Source of the DNA: Paramecium tetraurelia
Lineage: Eukaryota
DNA: 64,000 nt
Assembly: GCA_000165425.1 (NCBI GenBank)
Contig: CT868474.1
Coordinates: 310,001 to 374,000 of the forward strand
Direction: 5' to 3'
Each line of letters begins with the position of its first letter. The stretch's first letter is position 1. The notes below the pieces were generated by a model. That model was not told where the DNA came from, searched no databases, and saw only the letters and a list, made by a program, of their open reading frames with translations. This document shows positions 54,113-64,000 of the stretch, one piece after another. The translations under genes and the position numbers were made by a program.

Positions 54113-57100
54113 ATGTCTTAGAGATTATTAAGAAAATCTCGAACTAATTTGGGTGAAATGAGTTAGAGCCAGAGTCATAGTCATACATCTCCAGTAATGA
54201 ATGAAGACGGCTTGAGAAATTTCAGAATTGAATTTTCGGACTTATCCAGAAAAAGACTGAGTGATAGTGGAGAAGTCAAAGATCCCACCATCTATAGTCA
54301 GAAACGGAAATCAAGACTCTCTTAGTTTTCCAATTTCAATCCGAGACAAAGAGATTAGAGCGATCATAATCTGAGTGTGCATCAGTACACTGCTACTACG
54401 AAATAATATTATCAACTGAAGTGGAAGGAGCTAAGTGGATTGCCAAAACAAACAGATTTACAATAAATACTCAGGACTTTTCTGGTGAAACTAAAAAGAA
54501 ATGCTAATATTTGGGATCAAATTAACAATAAGTATTCTTACTTTAAAGAAACTTATCTTCAAGATGAGGTTAGATTGCAATCATAATATATTTCATATAT
54601 GAGACAATCATTTCATTATGTTAGATTACTATCACTTCTAACTGTGCCAATTCAGGCTGGAACTCTTTATATAGATCAATGGATTCAAGGTTTAGTAATT
54701 TTATTTTTGGTGATTGAATTTATTGATTAGTTACTCAAAATAAAATTGGTTAAATTAAACGTAGTTTGTAACTTCATTTACATAGCAAGTACACTTTTGT
54801 TAAATTTTGAACTAAATCAATAGGGTAAAATAGTCCTAATGATATTATCCTTGACTGGTGTTTAATATTAATTTTAGTGGAGTAAATGTACACTTGCAAT
54901 CATACTCTTAATATATATCAATTATTTCGCTAATTTTTGGTTATTGATAAATGATAATGACAGCACTTACTTGGATTCCATTATTTGGACAATAAATAAT
55001 TGTGTATAATATTCACTATAAATAGAAAGTTGCCATTTACTGCAGTTGATGCCCAAATAGAAAGCTACAGCAACAAGATTATCAGTGTGGCTTTTTAAAT
55101 CATGTCCTTCTATTTTTAAATACTATTCATTTCAATTTTTGTGAAATTCTCATTTTCAACAAACGAGTACGTATCCATTATTTATATTCACTTAGATAAG
55201 AACTATTCATTGATTTTTTGAAGATCAATAAGGTTGATTAAAATCTTATAGATGAAGCACAAGACATATTGAATTCAAACGTTCATTCTAATGAATTGCA
55301 AACTGTAACCTATATAAATCTAATAAAATAGGTTAACAATTTGATGCAGTAATTACCAATCAATATTTAAAAACCACTATTCTTCTTAATCAAGAGTAAG
55401 AAACTCCAGGAAATTGAATTCTTTACTCAATATTTCTCAAAATAATCTATTGATGAAATAGCATTTGAATCAATATTAAAATTTTGCAAACCAAATGAAG
55501 TCATTGTAGAAAAAGGACAGCAAGATGAATATGTATATGTGGTCTTATAAGGGGAGATGGGGATATATGATAACAATATATACCTCCAAAGTCTTCCAAT
55601 GAATTAGGCCTTTGGAATTGAAAACCTTATAATGAATCAAGGACACAATTTAACTATGAGAAGTAAAGGAAATTCAATCTTAATATAAATAAATCATACC
55701 AAATTTTTAGGAACCATCAAAAAAATCAATAGCGATTTAGAAACTTTTCACTCGATAAAAAATGAAGTATTGTTTATGAATAGAATCGAACTACTCTTAC
55801 AACACTGTTATGTCTGTGGATCATATTAGCATCTGAGTTCTTTATGCAGTAGAGTGCATGTTAGTCTGAATAAGAATCTAGTTATCAGTAGACATTTGTA
55901 TACAAGACCTTAGAAGAGAAGAAAGTTTGATAGGAAATGGGATCAGAGAGTGAATTCCCTATATAATTTCAAACTGGTTAGAAGTTGCGGAAGAAGACTA
56001 AAAAGGAATTATGGGATTGTCATGGGGGATGCTGAGGTCTATGAAAGAGGAGAGTAGGAGTATGACGAAGAGGAAGAGGAGGAAATCTATTAAGGACATC
56101 TTTCTTATAAAGACCTGACAAATCCATCAAGAGTAAGAATTTGATCTAATTTAAGAAGAGTGTTGAAGTAGTGTCAGGTCAAACTTTGAGAGATATTATC
56201 TATCATGATCACATAGACAACGAAGAATAGTTATAATATTATCAATAATAATGGCAATAGTAATAGGACATAAATCGTCATTAGGCAGTCAAATAAACCA
56301 TATAAACAGCAGGATTTCAAAATGAAGACTTGTATTTTGGAGATGCAATTAACATCCCACTATAACACAAATAGTTTACTCAGAATAGCAATACTTTCAA
56401 ATCTTCTAGTGGATAAACATACCAAAGTCAAAAGAGTCAGCAGGTAAAACAACAATAACAAAACTAATAATAATAATAACAATAAGGATAATAGCAAATC
56501 CCATTCTAGTCAAAAACATATGTTCAAAGTCCTTTGGGCACAAACCAGTTCTTAATAGCAAATAATAGGAATGCCTAACCAAAATTAACATTCTCTTATG
56601 ACCCTTTCTATCATGAATAAAATAACAAACAAACTCTACCTCAGCCTTAGCCAGAATATCAAGCTATGGCACGACCTTAATTTAGATCATCTACCAATTA
56701 TATTCCTAGTGGTCCTACTTAGTTACCTGTAGTTTCAGAAGAAAGAGATTCTTAATTGAACATTCCGTAGATGAATGTACCTTATGCATCAGCCATATCT
56801 ATAAGTTCAGTTGGTATTTCGAGCATCGATGACATTTAAAGAAGGGATGGATAAAACAATACTTATACTGGGCCACGAAGGATGACTCAGAAGTAGACCA
56901 ACACCATTACGAGTACAGTGAGTCCAGATATTTAGAAGAAGAAATCAATTTCTGGATCAAATTCAAGATCTTATTCTGCTTTGTCTTCTAAACAGAATCA
57001 GCATTATAGTGATTTAGATAATGTGATATTTAGATATGATGTGAAGGACAATTTCGACATTGATTAGATAGGAATATATTAGCAATTCAAACCAATGAAC

Positions 57101-57172
57101 AACTACGATTGTGTGGTCAATTAAATCAAGATCTAATCTAAGAAATTAATTAAATAGAAGAAAATAAAATGA
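54113..57172 (+). CDS. Cyclic-nucleotide-binding-domain channel-like membrane protein with zinc knuckle
   Basis: A TM region precedes a CNBD (KPNEVIVEKGQQDEYVYVVLQGEMGIY...FGIENL). It is followed by CYVCGSYQHLSSLC, a Q-rich tail and the ciliate channel-type end FDIDQI..YQQFKPMNNY. Several short introns. Confidence 0.8.
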
Positions 57173-57200
57173 AATTTATACAAAATTAAATTTTAATTAC

Positions 57201-58145
57201 ATGTTCAAATTTCTTCTTAGGCCCTCATCATTGTTTTCCAAAAGAACAACCAAACTCAAGCATTTGATCTAATCAAAAGAATTGGAGTTTATCATGGAAG
57301 CTCATAATGGACTATCAGCTCTTATAGTGCAAGAAGCAGGTTTCAAAGGCATTTGGGCTTCAGGATTATCAATGTCAGCTTAATTGGGAGTAAGAGATTG
57401 CAACGAGGCTTCTTGGACTTAATTGTTGGAAGTCTTAGAATTCATGGCAGAAAGAACTACGATTCCAATATTAATGGATGGCGATACAGGATTTGGAAAT
57501 TACAATAATGCAAGAAGATTAGTAAGGAAATTGGAAGAGAGAGGGATTGCTGGAGTGTGTTTTGAAGATAAGATCTTCCCCAAAAGAAACTCTTTGGGTG
57601 ACGGGGCCTAAGAATTGGCAAACATTTAGGAATTTTCAAATAAGATCAAGGTTATGAACATCTTTTATTTTAGGCATGCAAAGACCATTAGAGGGATAAA
57701 GACTTTTAGATAGTGGCTAGATGTGAAGCATTCATTGCTGGATGGGGTTTGGATAGTGCCTTAGAGAGATGTGAAGCTTACAGAAAGGCTGGGGTTGATG
57801 CTGTTTTGATTCACAGTAAGAAAAGTGATTTTACAGAAATCGAGTAATTTTTAAAGGCTTGGAATAATCGATTGCCAGTTGTGTTGGTTCCAACAAATTA
57901 TTACAAGACACCAACTGAGGAATTTAGAAAAAACAGTAAGGATGTGCCATTGATTTGTAGATGTAAGTTTGGCAATATGGGCTAATCACAATTTAAGGGC
58001 GAGTGTAAAGGCCATGCAAGACACAAGCAAACAAATATTTGAGAGACAAAATTTATTGGGATTGGATTAGATAGCGAGTGTTAAGGAGGTGTTCAGATTG
58101 TAAAATGAGAAAGGGTTAGAGGAGGATGATAAGAAATATTTATGA
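57201..58145 (+). CDS. pepM: Phosphoenolpyruvate mutase (phosphonate biosynthesis)
   Basis: [24 protein letters not shown], the diagnostic EDKxxxxxNS motif ([10 protein letters not shown]) and IWANHNLRA are present. It has two short introns and a basic N-terminal extension. Confidence 0.96.
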
Positions 58146-58244
58146 CATAGTATTATTATTAAATGTTTTAATGAAATTCGATATATTAAATAAATTGCAA
58201 TGAGCAGATCATATAAAATAAATTATAATATTATGTTGATGGCA

Positions 58245-61200
58245 TCAATCAGACTTTGCTTTATTAGGAAATTTAAAGATATTTGAATAAATATTTGATA
58301 ATAGTTTCTGCCATATTTTTATTTGTATTGATGGAATGTAAGTTAGGTAAATAGCTCTAGAAGATTTTGATCATTAAATTTAGATGGCAACTAAGTTCAG
58401 GAATAATCAAATGAATTTATTTCATTCTATAGTTTTTTAAAATATCCACTTCTTTCAGTTTGCAAGGACAACCTTTGGGATAATTATCATCAAAACTGTG
58501 ATATTTGGAGTGACCATGAGGAGGAGCCTATGTTAATAGGATAACTATTTTTTGAGAATTTTTGTTGGACCAAGACAATTATTATTACTCGTGCAGTCCA
58601 TCAAGTACAGCATTAGGATAATCTGATATGGCAGTGGCCTTTTTTGGTTTGACATCCTTGAGTTTTGATAGTAGAGTAGCAGAATCTGTGAAATCACTAA
58701 GGATGAATGTAGGAGAGGAGATTTCTTTATGAGGATGATGATCATGATACAAAATGATTGCGAATTTGGCCTTGCCTGAATTAAATTCTCCCTTGATACT
58801 ATTACAAATAGATAACAATTTAAATGCGATTTGGATATTCTATTCATCTGTCCAATCTATAATCAAAGCAATATTGATTGATTTAATTTAATGAGAATTG
58901 TAGCATTCGAACTTGTGATTCATAGTATTGATACCTTTATCATGCCATGCCAAATAATTACAGAATTTGTTACATGTCTAACATTTGGCATTGCATTTTG
59001 AAATCTCAATTCTTTTACTACCTCTGATTGGTTATTCCCAGCCCAGGATTTCCCAAAACTATTTGCAGAGAACATGATCTAGATTATCTGAAACATGGAC
59101 AGCCTTATAATATTTGGAAGTCTTATTAAGTTGTTATTGATAACAAAGAAACTCATCAACACATTCTACTGCATGACTATGTCCTCTACCTAGACGAATA
59201 CAGTATTCATCACATGTTTCAGGTCTACAAAATTAGATATTTTCATCTTTCTCGTCCAATTTAAAACATGATTATTAAGGCTCTATCACATTATGATATA
59301 TCGTATGATGAAGATTCGTGTGACCTGATTCTAAATAACAATAAGCTTTACATCCGGGACATTATTGATCACACAAATGTTTCCTATTTGAACAAGCATG
59401 TCCTAAATCATGACTGTTTTCTCCTATTGGAATTAATTTAAAACACTTTTCTTTCCTTCTGACCTACTCATAAATTGTCTATCCATATAATGAACCTGCA
59501 TTAGACTTCCACATCTTCACTCTCTTCACATAACCATCAACTGTGCATATCCCAGGCAAATTGCATAATTTATCACATTAATGATGACAATTGCAAAAGT
59601 GCTCATTCTCTAATTCATGAGAGTGTTACTCTGAACACTGTCTTTAACAACCCAACGAACATGATTTATTACAATATCTCAAATTGCACATATGTTTATG
59701 TTCCACAAAAGGATCTTGAGTACATTGTTCAGCACAATATAGGCAAGTCTCTTAACACACATGTTTACTATAACAATAATGCAATGAATTATTGGAATGA
59801 CCAATCCTCAGTATACATTGACTCTAACATAATAGACATTCTTTATCACATTAATCATCTTTTAAACCTTTAGAAATATGTTCTCCAAAATGTGATTATA
59901 ATAATTCACAGTTCTTCTCTTCACATAAATGAGTATCACTCCAACAGATGTGTTACTTATTAAACTACTAGATCTACTCTTATTCTTTATTCACACTCTC
60001 CTATAACTCTATCATATTATTTAATTTCTTGATCCTCCCTTCTACATGATATATCTTCTATTGTATTTCCTTCAAAGCTGAAGCTCTCTAAACCATTGTA
60101 CGATCTCCCTTAATCCTTGACAGACTTACCTGTAATTCTTATAAACTTAATCTTTCTGCTGCCTCAAATTACTCCAAATCTGCTCCATCCTCCAAATCTA
60201 ATTGCTTCTAGATCATTTGGATCTTGGATTTCTTTTTCTAAATAATAGCTCTCACTTTCTCAATCTTAGTTCCATTCTTGCTTAAATGTCCATTATATTG
60301 AGTACACAATGCATAACACCTACTACATGTTTATCCACATAACTTATAAACATGTAAATGCTATTTTAACTCATTTTCACAATCTAATAAGATATTCTAC
60401 TTCATATCTCTATCTAACTCATATATTGGGACTAGTTTTTATTCTATCTCCCTAGATATAATGCTTATGATATAACTAATTCTTTTATTTGCAAATGACT
60501 AAATCAATTTATCCACTCTCATAAACTTTTGCATAAAAGCAGAGTCCTATTCAATATTAACTCTTACGATATCTTATGCTTACTCCAACAATTTACTGAA
60601 ATTATCTTCAATCGTCTGAGTTAATACTATTTATTATGATATATTGTTGCCATCCTCCTTCTTAATTATGTATGATGGCAATTCCAACCAATAGATATTT
60701 GACTATTCTTTTAACTTATGTATTTAATAGTTCAACTCATAATCCTAGACATTCCTAGTGTCTTTTACAGATAACTACAGCAAGGTGATCTTCATTGATG
60801 TAAATAGTGACTAAGCATCCTACCACCTGACAGTGTTTTTTGCATTTTCAAGGATTTACTCCCTGATTTGATTTACGTCTCTATCAAATTGTTCTAATTC
60901 AAAATAACTCATTAGTTGAGCACTCACTCCATTCTTCAACAATTACTTAAGCAATTCATTATTAGATGAATTAATTATGGAATCCATTTGACCATCTAAT
61001 TCCTATTGAGCATTCTATGAACTAGCTTGATAAATGTCTCTCACCAAAATCATAAGTCTGCTTTTGAATAATTGGTTGCCTTTCAATCTAGTATTGGCTT
61101 CTATTAGATTATCAAAGAGCTCATTCAAATGTCTATCATAAGAAGAACATTGATTGAATATTGTCAAATCACTTATTGCTGTTAGAAAAGACAATAGAGT

Positions 61201-63823
61201 AATTTCCTCTATATTATTTCTCCTTTATCCAAACAATCCTTCACAATCCAAAATTAGAAATTAATGTCCTTGCAATTAAACTTAACTACACCAAATCCCA
61301 TCTGTACACCTCGCTGATGAAACTCCAAATCTAATACCAAAGATTTAATTTAGCAAATAACTCTTACCACCAGATTGCTTACCCAAAATACTCACTACAT
61401 AAATAGGCTTCTTGTAATCATCTAACAATTCCTCTATCATTCCAAAGGATATCTATTTCAACTATCTATCAATCTAAATACAATCAAAATTTTAATTTAA
61501 TTTGTTCAATCCATCACTTAACACTATTAATCTCTTATATTCAAATGTACATAATTAGATCGGCACTCTTGATGATAATACATTAAGCAATGCTCTTGAA
61601 TTTACACTTTTTATCTCAAACACTTCCTGTATATGTAATGTTGAATATTTCTACAATTAGATTTTGTAAAAACAATCCTAAATAATTTCTCCGCATTTTT
61701 ATGAACAATAAAAGTTACTTTGAGTGTCAACAACATCTAACATGCTTGAGTTCTTGCCATACACTATAAATGATTATTTGATTAAGTCCAAAATGTAATT
61801 GGATGATTGTTTAAGGTAATTCTGATTGCTAGTCAATTTACTCTTCTTATTAAAGTTTTCCAATTGATAGAGTTCCTACTCATCTTCATTTTTGGCCAAA
61901 AGGATAAAACTATCGTATTGGTCACTAAATATGTAAATCTAATCTTATTAATATATTGATCTAAATTATATTGATGAAATTCTTGTATTATTAAAATCAT
62001 ATATATCTACTGATTGGATTTTAAATAATAAGTAAAACTTGCCTGATCCGCATACGATTAAGTTGTAATAGTCAGCATCAAATTCCTTTTCATTTACGAA
62101 TCCCTCCTCATCTTGATAACTCTACAATTATTGAATAAATTCTTAATCATTAGCTGACCATTTGTATACTTTCTTGTCATCTGACAACAATAAAAAACAT
62201 TCATACTCCTCAGAATAACTGTATTATATTATATAGATTGTCTCTTCCAATTCTATCACTCTTTCTGTGTCTATGCATTCCTTATCCTTATTCAAGGTCG
62301 AAATCACAATCCTCTTTGGCAAATTAAACTGATATAAGGTTTATTACTCTAAGGCATAATAAAAATAAGGATTATTTAAGTCAGTGTAAATCACAACCAA
62401 CACAGGTTTCCTGTTTTCTTATAATAAATATACATGATAACAATTTTTCTTAGATTCTACCATGATACATTTCATTATCAATAGATAGTCACTCTACTTT
62501 CCTTCATTTAAATTATACAATTAAAAGAAGTCAATCAATTAATAACTATGATAATTTTATTATTAGAATTTAGTTTCCTTCTCCTTCGAAATATTCATGT
62601 CTTTGTCCAAAAATTCGATTTTCTTAAATGTATTGTCCATATTTCTAAAGATCTTAAATCTCTATAGTTTCATCTCCACAATGAATTCTTGACCCACTCC
62701 TTATTCTATCTCAATCTTCTCCATTATCCACTTAATCTTTCTGTTCACAAAATCCTACATCTTTGAAAACTCTCTATTGATATACTTAATGACAATTCTG
62801 ATCAATTTAGCTAATAATTCCTTTGATTTCATTCGTATGTTGGATGTCTTGACCTCTTTGATCAATTCCGGACCCTTCAGCACTTCAGTATTATCTTTGA
62901 AAGAATTCAGTTTTCTAAAAGCATGATTTAAGAAGAACTTAACCAATTTTAAGAAGTCGAACTCTTAAGGTGAAAACTTCAACTGCAATTATTAATATAA
63001 ACCATTTTCAACACTATCTTTGAAATGCGAGAAATAATGAGTCATTGAAAACATCACATCCTTATTTATTTTTTAAACATATTTTCTTTCTAAGATTGGA
63101 TTCGGGAATTCTAATTCCTCGTTTAATCTCCCAAATAACATGATGTTCTTCACCTAGTCTTAATAATAGGATTCCACTAGCTTAAAATACTCCTCCTATT
63201 TTAGATCATAAAATAGTATAGAGTTCTACGAATTCTTATAATATAAGTTATAATTTTAGATTTGTTTTATGGCTAATTTCTACTAGACTTCAACACAACG
63301 ACAACTATTAGAATTAATTTCTTCCGATTAATAATTCTACATTTTGTTCCTTAAGAGTTGACTATCCTTAATCGGAATCCATTTCTGAAGTATTTTTTCA
63401 GTCGGTAAGATAATAATGTTCTAGCATAAATCAATTAAAATTCTATTTCAAATAAATTAAATACCTAAATAAATTAGTTTCAATTGATTCCACAACTTAA
63501 TCAACCTTTTTATTTTCAGGTATTAGATAACAGAACACTAATAAACTATCCAATTTGATCATCCCAATACAGGCTTAAGTATGATTCGATAGTTCAACAT
63601 CAAATTAAAGGTTAGCATTGTATCTTGTTGTCATATAATTAATTATTGTTTCTAAATATCCGTAGAGTCCAAGAATGTTTAGGGCTTTATCTTAATCAGA
63701 CTTTAATTAATTTAATAGTTATTTAATGTTCGATTTAATTTAAATCTTATCTTCGCTATACTCTTCAGTAAGATCTTTTTAAATTGTAAATGCCGTCTCA
63801 AAGTAAAAGGGCTGAGAGTTCAT
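58245..63823 (-). CDS. Very large GBP/VLIG-type (GB1/RHD3-related) GTPase with Cys/His-rich array and C-terminal VWA domain
   Basis: ATG at 63823 and a long uncharacterised N-terminus. G motifs VVSILGKQSGGKSYLL, RCTDGIW and LILDCEGL lie at about 61230-61400. A helical region and a Cys/His array (about 59030-60380) follow, then a VWA-like domain with APPHG..YH...DNYPKGCPC and TGA at 58245. At least one 22-nt intron (63443-63464). Confidence 0.8.
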
Positions 63824-64000
63824 GTCTAAATAAATTCAGGATTTGATAATAATATTGGAAAATAAAAAAATTGTGGATTTGATTAATTCCTGATAAAAAT
63901 TAGACATGATTATTTCTGTAAATATAATAATATTTATTTTATAAATATGGGATATTAAGCATATTCGCCTCCTATCGATACAAAGCATTATAGTAATTTA

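Noticed and set aside
59900..59945. Apparent frameshift in the Cys/His array of the giant GTPase
   Set aside because: Re-reading the reverse complement gives an uninterrupted HLCEEKNCELL frame.
1..64000. Telomeric repeats, retained IESs, tRNA/rRNA genes, CRISPR arrays
   Set aside because: None was seen by eye. Retained IESs cannot be called without germline/MAC read comparison.

Overview
This is AT-rich, gene-dense ciliate macronuclear DNA, most likely Paramecium. TAA and TAG read as Gln, TGA is the only stop, introns are about 20-30 nt GT..AG, and intergenic gaps are often under 60 nt. The supplied standard-code ORF track therefore shows only fragments, and I re-read the genes by hand in genetic code 6. 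Recognisable genes include Elf1, a roughly 2,130-aa Cys-periodic surface antigen, two trichocyst matrix proteins, calcineurin A, a TmcB/TmcC-like PAS membrane protein, a cAMP-receptor-like GPCR, a probable divergent TFIIA large subunit, an atypical small GTPase, WD40 proteins, several (pseudo)kinases, a CNBD channel-like protein and PEP mutase. There is also a roughly 1,850-aa GBP/VLIG-type GTPase with a Cys/His array and a VWA domain, plus several decayed genes. The most striking structure is an apparently identical 936-bp inverted repeat (8471-9406 and 19631-20566, introns included). It encodes the last kinase domain of two divergent multi-kinase-domain genes and brackets a 10.2-kb segment containing the surface-antigen gene. 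All coordinates and product calls come from manual reading; no database search was run.
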